Shown here: one piece after another, positions 49,984 to 59,597 of the stretch | How positions within the stretch are numbered: position 1 is the stretch's first letter | Layout of the letters: every line of letters starts with the position of its first letter | From: Promethearchaeota archaeon | GTDB lineage: Archaea; Asgardarchaeota; Lokiarchaeia; Sigyniarchaeales; SOKP01 | Direction: 5' to 3' | Length of the DNA stretch: 64,000 nucleotides | NCBI GenBank assembly: GCA_048941285.1 | Contig: JBHLNS010000010.1 | Location: forward strand, 1 to 64,000 | Notes under the pieces: model-generated | What the model saw: the letters and a program-made list of their open reading frames with translations, nothing else | The model's database searches: none | What the model was told of the DNA's origin: nothing | Program-made: the position numbers and the translations under genes

Positions 49984-50847
49984 GTGATAGTAAAAAAATT
50001 ATTAAGAATTGGGAAACCTGCCGTAAAGGGTAGTATTTTAGTCATTTTTGGAATTTTAAATTCTCGTATTGGTATTGGAGTAGAGATTTTTACAAACAAT
50101 CTTATTTATGGCCCTCTTGCATATCTTTTCCTCGCTCTTTCAGGAATAATCATTATCAAACTCCTTCATATACTAAATAATCCCTATGATAGAGGTAAAT
50201 TAAATAAAAATAGAGTTTTACTTGTTTTGGGAATTTTAAGTATTATTAGTTTAATTTTAATTATCTGTAATATATTTGAGAATTTAACAATTTATTATCT
50301 TAATATTCCTATTATTCTTTTTACAGCATTTATTATCGCCTTTTGGATTGCTTTAGGCTATTTTGGTGCTAAGAATATAATAGAAAAGATATCTGTAAAG
50401 ATACTTGTTTTTACGTTCTCCTTCTCTCTTGGATTATTCTACGGTGTTTTCTTAAATACTTATATAATTCCTACTCAAATCTATTTTTTTTTTTTGTCAT
50501 TGTCATTTTTACAATTGTCTAGAGAATTCTCAAAGAGATTAAATGAAAAAGAAAAAATTAAGGAGTATTTGCGATTTCCTTATAAAATTGATGAGAGAAA
50601 CCTACTTAAGTTTTCATTGTTCTTTCAATTTGCTGCGATAATTTTCCTTATTATTCCAGTATTCCTTGAAATATATAATAATTTCATACTTCTTTTTTTT
50701 ATGGTTTTTAATTTAATAGCTATAGGTATTGCTTCTATTCTGACTTTAGCAAGCTTAATAGAAAAAGAGATTTACAACAGTATAAGTTTGATATTAAAAA
50801 TTGGAATATTATTGGAATTAATTATGTTTTTAGTTTTAGGAATATAG
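49984..50847 (+). CDS. Divergent UbiA/DGGGP-synthase-like membrane protein lacking the Asp-rich motifs
   Basis: About 9 TM; LLRI..P N-terminus, F.YG, LSREFSKRL (compare REIxKDxED), final K.G..L.L..F..G. Confidence 0.5.
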   Translation: MIVKKLLRIGKPAVKGSILVIFGILNSRIGIGVEIFTNNLIYGPLAYLFLALSGIIIIKLLHILNNPYDRGKLNKNRVLLVLGILSIISLILIICNIFENLTIYYLNIPIILFTAFIIAFWIALGYFGAKNIIEKISVKILVFTFSFSLGLFYGVFLNTYIIPTQIYFFFLSLSFLQLSREFSKRLNEKEKIKEYLRFPYKIDERNLLKFSLFFQFAAIIFLIIPVFLEIYNNFILLFFMVFNLIAIGIASILTLASLIEKEIYNSISLILKIGILLELIMFLVLGI

Positions 50848-50875
50848 TTTTTTCTTAATAAGAGTTGAAATTTAT

Positions 50876-51772
50876 ATGAAATTATTACGAACTCCTGATG
50901 AATTGTTTGAAAACCTCCCGGATTATCCATTCAAGCCTAATTATTTAAATGTTGAAGGAATAAGAATTCACTATATAGATGAGGGACTTAAAGATGCTGA
51001 GGCTATACTTCTTATGCATGGAGAACCATCATGGTCCTACTTATATAGACATATGATTCCAATTTTATTAGAAGCAGGATTTAGAACTATAGCACCAGAT
51101 TTAGTTGGGTTTGGAAGATCTGATAAACCAACTGAAAAAAGTGACCATACATTCCGTAAACATGTAGAATGGATATCTAGTTTTGTTAATATGCTCGATC
51201 TCAAAAATATTACCTTATTTTGCCAAGATTGGGGCTCATTAATAGGTTTAAGAGTTGCTATTGAAAATCAAGAACGTTTTAGCAGGATTGTACTATCGAA
51301 TGGAGGATTACCTACGGGAGTAAGAAAACCAACTGAGGCATTTTTAGAATGGCAACATTTTTCGAGAACTGCTACTAAATTTAATGTTGGAAGGATTATC
51401 CAGGGAGCTACAATTACTAAATTGCCAAGAAATGTGATAAAAGCGTACGATGCCCCGTTTCCGGATGATACTTTTAAGGCGGGACCTAAAATTATGCCTT
51501 CATTAGTTCCAACTTCAATAGAAGATCCAGAGCATGAGGCAAATAAAGAAGCGTGGGAGCAGTTTTCACAATGGAAAAAACCCTTTTTAACAGCTTTCTC
51601 TGATAAAGACCCCATTACAAGAGGGGGTTACAGAAAATGGCAAGAAAAAGTTCCAGGTGCTCAAGGACAAAAACATGTTACAATAAAAGATGGCGGACAT
51701 TTTGTCCAAGAAGATAAAGGTCCTGAGTTAGCGAACCTCATAATAGAATTTATTAAAAGCAATCCTTTATAA
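50876..51772 (+). CDS. Haloalkane dehalogenase-family alpha/beta hydrolase
   Basis: LRTPDE.FENLP, MHGEPSWSYLYR, APDLVGFGRSDKP, QDWG nucleophile, GHFVQED. Confidence 0.9.
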   Translation: MKLLRTPDELFENLPDYPFKPNYLNVEGIRIHYIDEGLKDAEAILLMHGEPSWSYLYRHMIPILLEAGFRTIAPDLVGFGRSDKPTEKSDHTFRKHVEWISSFVNMLDLKNITLFCQDWGSLIGLRVAIENQERFSRIVLSNGGLPTGVRKPTEAFLEWQHFSRTATKFNVGRIIQGATITKLPRNVIKAYDAPFPDDTFKAGPKIMPSLVPTSIEDPEHEANKEAWEQFSQWKKPFLTAFSDKDPITRGGYRKWQEKVPGAQGQKHVTIKDGGHFVQEDKGPELANLIIEFIKSNPL

Positions 51773-51882
51773 TTATTTGAGTATGATTTAATTCTAAATA
51801 AGTATGAAAATTGGACTATACAAGAATTATATAATATGGTTTGAATCTAAAATATAATAATTAACTTAATTGTTATTATCCT

Positions 51883-52392
51883 ATGAATATAAAAAGACAT
51901 GAAGGTCATGAAAGGGAAGCTCCAAATTCCCATATATATCAAAGTGTATTACCTATAGTATTTATACTAATTTGGTTTTTGGATTCACAAATCTTTAGAT
52001 TTTCTACTTTCTTGAATATTTTTATTCCTTTTCTGATTAGACTAATCTTATTTATTATCGTATTCGCAATATCTATTGCTTTCATAATGCTTTCACATCG
52101 TACTCTCTTTAAATCTCATCAGCCACCTAATAAATTAATTACTGTTGGAATTCTTCGGTATATGAGGAATCCTATGTACTTCGGAATTTTACTGATATAT
52201 GTCGCATTTTTGTTTTTATCCATTTCATTAATAGGAATTGGAATGTTTATCATCGTGTTCTTGGTATATAATTGGATGGTTAACTATGAAGAGAGGATTC
52301 TTGAAGATTTATTTGGTGAAGATTACAAGGAATATAAAAGAAATGTGTCAAAATGGATTCCAAATCCATTTAAAAGAAAATTAAAGTTTTAA
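51883..52392 (+). CDS. ICMT/PEMT-family membrane methyltransferase
   Basis: LITVGILRYMRNPMY, EERILEDLFGEDYKEY...V.KWIP. Confidence 0.85.
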   Translation: MNIKRHEGHEREAPNSHIYQSVLPIVFILIWFLDSQIFRFSTFLNIFIPFLIRLILFIIVFAISIAFIMLSHRTLFKSHQPPNKLITVGILRYMRNPMYFGILLIYVAFLFLSISLIGIGMFIIVFLVYNWMVNYEERILEDLFGEDYKEYKRNVSKWIPNPFKRKLKF

Positions 52393-52657
52393 CTAATTTT
52401 TTTTTTCTATTAATTTAAGTCTAAAAGGGAAAAAAAAAGTAGTCCCTAAGAAGGATTTTGGGGAAGAGGAATTCGAATCTCACGTATTTAGAAAACTTAC
52501 CAAGAAAAACGCTATTTGGGATGGTTCTGAAACTTAAAACACTTGAAAAATATAGAAAAATTACAGGGAAACTTTGGCTATATAAAAAGGAGTTAGCTTA
52601 AAATTTTGAAAAGTACCTTAAAAACCTTAGAAAGGGCAAATAAAAATTACAAATAAA

Positions 52658-53293
52658 TTATAATTGATTTAACGCTTTTATCAAAAGTTTTTTATTAGAA
52701 TCTGGATAATACTCAGAGTAATCAAGTATCCTTTCTTTAGAAATACCATCCAATAATTTAGAGATATCAATAACAATACGATTTTCATTTATATGATTAT
52801 ATTCCCATAAATAAATCAAATCTAAAATCGTTTTCTCATGATCTGAATATCTGACTTTATTTTCTACAATTCCAAAACCAAATAAGGCATTCTTGAATCT
52901 TAAAAATCTAAAATTCTTTCCAAAAATGTTTATGGGTTCATTTTTTATCAGTTGATCATTAATTACATAAAAAAATTCATCTTGATGATCATGTTCCACT
53001 TGAATTAGATTTAATGCAGTATAAAGCCCATAATACCAATTATTAACTCTCTTAACCGTTAAACCCTTCGCAACAAGCTCTAAAAGGGAATGCTTAATCT
53101 TTTTTCTTCTCAATTCCTCAACTGACTTCAAATAATAAATATCTTCAAAAATATTTACTAAATAACCCCGAGATATTAAATAATCACTACTAGTTTTGTA
53201 ATTAAGGTATAATTTATCACAATACTCTTTTATTTCCTCAGAAGTTATAAATTTTATATCATCTTTCCTGATTTCTTTTAGGACACGATTCAT
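52658..53293 (-). CDS. AbiEi-like (type IV toxin-antitoxin antitoxin/regulator) protein
   Basis: N-terminal wHTH (L..RGYL..IFE.IYY), YYGLYTAL, FG, SDHEKTILD. Confidence 0.65.
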   Translation of the reverse strand: MNRVLKEIRKDDIKFITSEEIKEYCDKLYLNYKTSSDYLISRGYLVNIFEDIYYLKSVEELRRKKIKHSLLELVAKGLTVKRVNNWYYGLYTALNLIQVEHDHQDEFFYVINDQLIKNEPINIFGKNFRFLRFKNALFGFGIVENKVRYSDHEKTILDLIYLWEYNHINENRIVIDISKLLDGISKERILDYSEYYPDSNKKLLIKALNQL

Positions 53294-53477
53294 AAATCAA
53301 ATTTCGAAATATAATTAAATTTTATAAAAAAGGAATAAAATTTCATCTATTGTTATATATAAGATAGCTAAATTTTTATGTCTTTTAGATTTAGAATATA
53401 AAAATTTTAAAAAAAAGAAAAAATTATCATCAATTTTGTTATTTATTACATAAATATCGAATTATCTGGTTTTAGGT

Positions 53478-53741
53478 ATGAATGAGAAAAATATTATAAG
53501 ATTTAACACAGCAGAAAAAGTAATTTTTTTTACAGGAATACTGTTGATTGTATTATCAATTATTAGTGAATTAAATTTCCATTACATTCAAGGTTTCAAA
53601 CCTGAATTAATGGCCCCTAACATTTTTTGGAAAGCAGAAGCAGCAGAAGTTTTTAATTCTATGAGTTTTCTTATCTTAGGTATTTTATTAATATTTATTG
53701 CTTTTAGAATTTCAAAGAGAAGAATATCTATGGAAAATTAG
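53478..53741 (+). CDS. Small 2-TM membrane protein
   Basis: 87 aa, two hydrophobic helices. Confidence 0.6.
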   Translation: MNEKNIIRFNTAEKVIFFTGILLIVLSIISELNFHYIQGFKPELMAPNIFWKAEAAEVFNSMSFLILGILLIFIAFRISKRRISMEN

Positions 53742-53799
53742 ATAATTCTGTTCTCTATTTACCTTAGAATGCTTTATTAAATAAAATTAAAAGAATAAA

Positions 53800-54855
53800 T
53801 TAAAGAGGCCACATATTGATTCCAACCATTATTACAATTAATGAACAAACTAAAGTTAAACAAATTATTATTTGGATTGCTCTTCTATATTTAAGTGCAC
53901 TTGATCCTTTGAAAAGTACATAAAAAAGCGGGATTAGCATCCATGAAGTAAAACCTAAGAATAACCCTATAACAGGGATCAATACTAAAAAGGGATACAT
54001 AAATATCAACATTCCTATTATGATAAAAATCCATGGAAATGTAAGTGGACCTAGGTTTAGATCTTTTATTTTAGATATTTTCCTGAGTAATTTTTTCTTA
54101 CTATCCCAATTCGAAGATCTACCTTTTAATCTACGAATTGTAAAGAACGCTGCGATAGAAAATGATATAATGATAAGTATTATTCCAATAATTAATATAA
54201 TATTATCAGTAATTCCGATCATGGCACATATACTTGCATTCGGGTATCCTGTATATAACCAAATCGTAGGAGGTAGAAGTTCTTTATAACTTTTGGGAAT
54301 AGTAAATGTGTAAAATGCCATTATTCCTCCCAAGATTGCCCATAATAAGAACATCCACATCGGAGGGTGAGGTATAACTATTGGAGATCCAAATCCACTT
54401 GTCCAAAAACTATCTAAATTAACTGTACCCATCCCAATTCTAAGAGCCCACCACGACCAATCATAAATTAACCAATGGGCACACCAAAAACCAGAGATTA
54501 ATGCAATTGTTTGATATCCATTGATTTTATTGGATTGGACAACTAATACTATGACTATAACATAGAGAGTAAGAATACTAAAATACGCAATGTCGGTATG
54601 AAAAAAGAATGAAGGTATACCTGTCTCTTCCGAAATACCTATTTTTGCTATTCCTAAAAGATATACTATACTTGATATAAAAGCAAAACCAAGAGTCATA
54701 AAAATTGTCCATCTCCAATTGAAATCTCCTAGATTTCTTGCAGGTAATTGTCCTGTTTTTTTCATATATTCTTTTCTCAATTCTAGTAAATTTCTTTCAA
54801 GAATTTTAATTTGTTTTTCTAATTCATCTTTTGAAAATTCTTTTGTTTTAGACAA
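53800..54855 (-). CDS. Hypothetical polytopic membrane protein with N-terminal coiled coil
   Basis: About 9 TM; Trp-rich HWLIYDWSWW segment. Confidence 0.7.
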   Translation of the reverse strand: MSKTKEFSKDELEKQIKILERNLLELRKEYMKKTGQLPARNLGDFNWRWTIFMTLGFAFISSIVYLLGIAKIGISEETGIPSFFFHTDIAYFSILTLYVIVIVLVVQSNKINGYQTIALISGFWCAHWLIYDWSWWALRIGMGTVNLDSFWTSGFGSPIVIPHPPMWMFLLWAILGGIMAFYTFTIPKSYKELLPPTIWLYTGYPNASICAMIGITDNIILIIGIILIIISFSIAAFFTIRRLKGRSSNWDSKKKLLRKISKIKDLNLGPLTFPWIFIIIGMLIFMYPFLVLIPVIGLFLGFTSWMLIPLFYVLFKGSSALKYRRAIQIIICLTLVCSLIVIMVGINMWPL

Positions 54856-55070
54856 GAAAAATCACTTAACTTTTGAATTTATATATTGTAAATTCTACAA
54901 TTCTCTTTTTAAATATTATTAATCTGGAGTAAATAGTTAGCTCTAAACACATAAAATTCATCTTATCTTGTATTTTTAGAAAATTTCTCTCCAACAACAT
55001 TTATATACTAAACCAAACTAATTTCTATAGAAAGAAGCGACATAAATGTTAAGAAGGAGGAACAGGATTA

Positions 55071-55550
55071 ATGATATATAACAACCCAGATGAATCTATC
55101 TCAGAATATGAAGAAACGATTAACAAATTAACGACCCAAATTACAGATTTATTTTCCAAAATTCATTTTTACCAAGCTCTTATTGCTGAAAAGGATCTTA
55201 AGATAACCCAATTAATTAATGAGAATAATACTCTAAAAATGCAGATTCGAAAATTATCAAATGAATTAAAAACACCTCCTCCACCTAGTCAAAAATCATA
55301 TACACCTCCTCAACAACCTTTACCAACACTTCCACCAGAAACGCCCTCTAAAACAACTTCAGTTGAAAAAACAACTCCCAGTTTCACAACTGGCACAGAT
55401 TCTAGAATTAATAAACGACAATGTCCAAATTGTGGTGCAATGGGTTTTGCTATACGAGAAATCGACGACAAATCAAATATAATAAGTTATGTTCCAAGAC
55501 GTATCTATGCAAAAAAGAAATCTTGCACTAAATGCAGGTATGAATGGTAA
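55071..55550 (+). CDS. Coiled-coil / Pro-rich linker / C4 zinc-ribbon protein
   Basis: Heptad N-terminus, PPPPS...PLPTLPP, CPNCG...CTKC.YEW; AAGGAGG RBS. Confidence 0.8.
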   Translation: MIYNNPDESISEYEETINKLTTQITDLFSKIHFYQALIAEKDLKITQLINENNTLKMQIRKLSNELKTPPPPSQKSYTPPQQPLPTLPPETPSKTTSVEKTTPSFTTGTDSRINKRQCPNCGAMGFAIREIDDKSNIISYVPRRIYAKKKSCTKCRYEW

Positions 55551-55555
55551 TTAAC

Positions 55556-56497
55556 TTAAATTTTAAAAAATGGGGTTAAATTACGCGGTAAAACATCGAA
55601 ATAATTAACGAGATCATACCTTTCTATTTTTTCTTTGGTTTCCTTATCAAGATCATTAAAACTTATCCTGTCAAATATTTGTTTAGTTTCTTCTTCACTA
55701 AACTCAGGCCCTCTTTCAATCCAATTCTTGACCTTCTTATTTGCAGGACATACTTTTTGGCAATGAAGACATCCCACTAAACAATTATGCCAAGATGAAT
55801 CTATCCAATCTGGAAAAGGAACTTCTGGGGGTTGTTCGTTATGATATGTTAAACAACGCTCAACTCTCAATAGAATTCTATCTGTTGGAATGGCTCCTGT
55901 TGGACATTTAAGTGTACATGCAGAACATTCCTTACACATATCCATAAGTTTCAAATCATGCCAATTATCCTCATCAGTGGGATAATCTGAATACAGGGTT
56001 GTTAAACGGTGAAAACTCCCCATTTCAGGCACATAAGTAATATTGTTTCTGCCATATTCAGCCAGTCCACAACGAACTGCAAGTGTTTTTTGAGGAAGAC
56101 GAGCATATGCTACTTTATATCCACTTGGTTCTAAAAGCTCACTTACAAATTCTATCAGATCGTTAATAATTTTGAGACCATACAAATAAGTGGGAGGTAT
56201 AAGTAATGAGATTTCTTTATTATTCCATTGAAAAACTGCTTCAAATTGGGGTACAGGAACTGAAATTATAAAAAGAGATCTGATTTGAGGCAGATCAACC
56301 TCTTGTTCAATTTCAAAATAAGACTTATATTCTTCATAGAACTTAGGATCTAAGAGATTTTGTTCACGAAATTTTTGAACGTCTCTAAACAACTCAGGAA
56401 TGTGTTTTGCCGATATTATTTTTCCTCTATATCCTTTCAATTCTAAACTTTTATAAAAATTCTGATTAACTTTATTTTCGCTTTTCATAAATATCAC
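55556..56497 (-). CDS. QueG/reductive dehalogenase-like cobalamin and 2x[4Fe-4S] protein
   Basis: KTLAVRCGLAEYGRNN, GS, CKECSACTLKCPTGAI, C.T...GCLHCQKVCP. Confidence 0.8.
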   Translation of the reverse strand: MIFMKSENKVNQNFYKSLELKGYRGKIISAKHIPELFRDVQKFREQNLLDPKFYEEYKSYFEIEQEVDLPQIRSLFIISVPVPQFEAVFQWNNKEISLLIPPTYLYGLKIINDLIEFVSELLEPSGYKVAYARLPQKTLAVRCGLAEYGRNNITYVPEMGSFHRLTTLYSDYPTDEDNWHDLKLMDMCKECSACTLKCPTGAIPTDRILLRVERCLTYHNEQPPEVPFPDWIDSSWHNCLVGCLHCQKVCPANKKVKNWIERGPEFSEEETKQIFDRISFNDLDKETKEKIERYDLVNYFDVLPRNLTPFFKI

Positions 56498-56574
56498 TCT
56501 GTTAAATTAGTTTAAAATTTCTTTTTAATTTAAATAATACTTAATTGGTGAAACTAAATATCTTGAATCATAGA

Positions 56575-57021
56575 TTATAAACTAATCCTGGGGTCCTCTT
56601 TTATCGTCTTAAAGGCAATGAGAGATTGCATATCTTTAATACCAGGTAACTTACTGATTTCTTTGGTTAGATCATGTAAAGATAGGTTATCTTTTACTTT
56701 TACTTTTAATAATATATCCCAATCACCAGTTATTTCATGAACCTCCATAACATTGTTATTCTTCGCTATTTCCTCTGCAAAATCACAACAATCCGTTTTA
56801 ATATCAAGATTTATTTTAATCCAAGCTGTTGTAGGTTTACCTACCGCCATAGGAGATACTAAGGGAACTATTCCTGTTATAACTCCAGAATCTTTCATCT
56901 GCTTAATTCTTGAGAAGACTGTTGAAGCGGGTTCTCCAATTTTTTTTGCTAATGTTCTATAGGCTATACTAGCATCTTTTTGATACTCTTCTAAGATAAC
57001 TTTATTAAGTGGATCTATCAT
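56575..57021 (-). CDS. Lrp/AsnC family transcriptional regulator
   Basis: DAS.AYR.LAK.IG...STVFSRI..M...GVI, HEITGDWDILLKV. Confidence 0.92.
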   Translation of the reverse strand: MIDPLNKVILEEYQKDASIAYRTLAKKIGEPASTVFSRIKQMKDSGVITGIVPLVSPMAVGKPTTAWIKINLDIKTDCCDFAEEIAKNNNVMEVHEITGDWDILLKVKVKDNLSLHDLTKEISKLPGIKDMQSLIAFKTIKEDPRISL

Positions 57022-57214
57022 TTTTTTTGATTATTTTTTTTATTAATTACTAGATATCGTACAGTGTATTTAAATTTTTCTAGGCAACATGCAAAAGATT
57101 TAAATGTTTATGAACAATATATAAAATTATTCCAAAAAAAATCAAAAAATTTCTCTCAAATTAAAATAAATGTTAGAAAATTATTTTACATCAACATATA
57201 AGAGTATTTTTAAA

Positions 57215-57682
57215 ATGAGTGATGTTAAAAAAGAACTTTTGGCGCCTTGTGGTTTATATTGTGGAGTATGTAGAATTTATAAAGCATATAAAAATAATGA
57301 TTTAGACTTCAAAAAAAATATCTTACCAACACTTAATGAATATGGTGCAAAAACTATAGACGATGTTGCTTGTACAGGGTGTTTATCCGATGGGATTGTA
57401 TTTCATTTCTGTAAAAACTGTCCTATTAAAGAGTGCATAAAGAATAAAAAAATAGAAGGATGTCATCTATGTGATGATTTTCCGTGTACAATTGTAACAG
57501 ATTGGCCGGATTCTTTAGATAAGAAAATTATGCTTCGTTCTATTCCTGTTCGGCGTGAAATTGGAAGTGAAAAATGGGTTGAAGAAGAAGAAAAAAGATA
57601 TAAATGTCCCAAATGCGGAAACTCATTGTTTTATGGGGCAAAAAAGTGTTACAGATGTAATATTAAGGTAGATTTAGATTGA
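57215..57682 (+). CDS. DUF3795-like Cys-rich protein (start 57215 or 57170)
   Basis: APCGLYCGVC, C.GC, C.IK.C...K..EGC..C.DFPC, CPKCG..C..C. Confidence 0.8.
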   Translation: MSDVKKELLAPCGLYCGVCRIYKAYKNNDLDFKKNILPTLNEYGAKTIDDVACTGCLSDGIVFHFCKNCPIKECIKNKKIEGCHLCDDFPCTIVTDWPDSLDKKIMLRSIPVRREIGSEKWVEEEEKRYKCPKCGNSLFYGAKKCYRCNIKVDLD

Positions 57683-57694
57683 AAATACGTGATT

Positions 57695-58219
57695 CTATTC
57701 CCTACTTAAATCATATGTGGATTTTATCTTGTATCCATCAGGTATCCTATCTTCCTTATATGGAATTTCTTGTAATTCAAACCTAAAACCTACAATATCT
57801 TCACCTTCTAACATATAAACAGGGGGAATATTTGGGCGTAAATCTTCGGGATCTAAAAATTGAGTCCTATCCACTCGTAATTTAAATAAGGTTTTGAGTC
57901 CTTCTTGCTTAAAGGTCTTTGCTGCTTCTTTTACATTTTTAACATGAAAATTAAGATTGTGAACTCCTGGACCTTTCTTTTTCAAATGATCTGCCCATAG
58001 ATTTCCTTCGGTTAAAGGTTCAACAAATTGTAGAATAACATTTCCAAGTTGTACATGCACAATCTTCACTGCAGGGCTACGAGATAGATAATTTGCTAAA
58101 TCTTCTTCAACTTTTTTTGCTCCAAATACTCTATGTAAAAATTTATAAGCTTTTTCAGCATCTGAAACTACAATTTCTATATGTACCAATGGTGAAATTT
58201 CTATAACCATACTCGTCAC
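57695..58219 (-). CDS. VOC/glyoxalase family protein (methylmalonyl-CoA epimerase-like)
   Basis: HIEIVVSDAEKA, QFVEP, L.KKGPGVHNL.F.V, RFEL.E. Confidence 0.8.
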   Translation of the reverse strand: MTSMVIEISPLVHIEIVVSDAEKAYKFLHRVFGAKKVEEDLANYLSRSPAVKIVHVQLGNVILQFVEPLTEGNLWADHLKKKGPGVHNLNFHVKNVKEAAKTFKQEGLKTLFKLRVDRTQFLDPEDLRPNIPPVYMLEGEDIVGFRFELQEIPYKEDRIPDGYKIKSTYDLSRE

Positions 58220-58612
58220 TTAAATTATTTCTTTTATTATAATCGTTTCTAAGCATCCATTTTTATAAGAATCTTTTTCAATTTTATTCTATAAAATATT
58301 ACCTAAAATTAAAATTTATGGAGCAAAGGCTATATATGAGTTTGTTTGTATACGATATTTATCAGACGGCGTTTAAATTTACTTCTTTCGAATATATCAA
58401 ATAAAAACTTGTATAAATATTAAATAAGCTTTAGAATATTATCACGTTGATGATTTTCATTGTCTTTTCATAAACATATTTAATTAACAAGCATAATATT
58501 TGATTCTAGGTTATAATTGTAGATGGACAATATTGCTAACTTTAAATATTAGAGAATTTTATACTACTATACTACTAATCCCAAAAAAAATAAATAAGGA
58601 GTATGTTATAAA

Positions 58613-58939
58613 ATGGTTTTACTTGTAGCGACAGTTATGTTTCCGCATGCCAAATCAAGCAAAGTAGCAAAAAAAAATATTGAAATGCTTAAAAAGTACC
58701 CTGCTGATCCTTCTATTGGAGAAGGAATCGCACTAGGCGTCAAATCAACAACAGAAGGAATGCAAGTACTGTTCGTAGCAGATGTTAAAAAAGGGAAAGT
58801 TGAGGAGTACATGTCAAGAATGGCAAAGCAATATCAAGAATATGCCTTGGAGATAGATGGTTTTAAATATCAAATAGAAACTTATTTTGATGTTGCAGAA
58901 GCTTATAAAATTTTAGGTATGGAACCTCCTCCAGATTAA
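58613..58939 (+). CDS. Hypothetical protein (alpha/beta, possibly ferredoxin-like barrel)
   Basis: 108 aa; AAGGAG upstream; oligo-T terminator-like tract after the stop. Confidence 0.7.
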   Translation: MVLLVATVMFPHAKSSKVAKKNIEMLKKYPADPSIGEGIALGVKSTTEGMQVLFVADVKKGKVEEYMSRMAKQYQEYALEIDGFKYQIETYFDVAEAYKILGMEPPPD

Positions 58940-58978
58940 AAAAAGAAACCTAAATTTTTTTTTTTTAGTTTTTAAAAG

Positions 58979-59362
58979 TTATACCGTAGAGAAATTGTAG
59001 ATTTTCTTAATTTTTTGGCATAATTTTTTAATATTAGTAGATTTTTGATAAAAATCGATGATTCCATTTGATAATGCCTCTTCTCGTATGGAAGGATCAC
59101 CACTTACCATCAAAATTTTAAAAGATTTATCTATGTTTAAAAGTTGTTTTGAAGCCTCAATGCCATTAATATAGGGTAAATGATAATCCATAAGTATTAC
59201 ATCAGGTTTAGGAATAGAATTTGACAATTTTTCGACAGCCTCTATCCCATTATTCGCTTTCCCTACTACTTTTAGTCCATTTAATTTAAAGATTAATGAA
59301 TATAATCGTGATATACTCTTATCATCATCTACTATAAAAATCTTAATCTGTTGCCTTTCCAT
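58979..59362 (-). CDS. Stand-alone response regulator receiver (CheY-like)
   Basis: IVDDD, ANNGIEA, PDVILMD..LP..NG, VSG, K; no kinase in the window. Confidence 0.9.
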   Translation of the reverse strand: MERQQIKIFIVDDDKSISRLYSLIFKLNGLKVVGKANNGIEAVEKLSNSIPKPDVILMDYHLPYINGIEASKQLLNIDKSFKILMVSGDPSIREEALSNGIIDFYQKSTNIKKLCQKIKKIYNFSTV

Positions 59363-59487
59363 AGTTAATTAATTACACTTTTTCTTGGTTAAATACTCAA
59401 AATATAACTCTGGCATTGTAAGTGCTCCGAATCTCACAATATTTTGAGAATAATTGTAATTTTTAATTACATTTTGTGTATTGTTTT

Positions 59488-59571
59488 TAGACATAGTGTC
59501 TATTTTTATTAAAATAAATAAAAATATTTAAATTTTTGGACGCGATATATAATAATTAGACACATCGTATA
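59488..59571. promoter_or_regulatory. Putative TetR operators
   Basis: Perfect TAGACA-TAG-TGTCTA (59488-59502) and degenerate TAGACA-CAT-CGTATA (59557-59571) upstream of the TetR gene. Confidence 0.6.
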
Positions 59572-59597
59572 ATGATTTTTAAAAATTTAAAAATACC

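Noticed and set aside
51883-52392. ICMT-like gene as evidence of CAAX processing of the Rab-like GTPase
   Set aside because: The family is widespread in prokaryotes, the GTPase has no C-terminal Cys, and the genes are unlinked
52458-52486. tRNA T-arm-like string on the minus strand (CGTGAGATTCGAATTCCTCTTCCCCA), possible att remnant
   Set aside because: The T-stem does not pair, there are no acceptor or anticodon arms, and no integrase is nearby
58318-58404. 28-codon ORF in the 58220-58612 gap
   Set aside because: No RBS or motif; expected by chance
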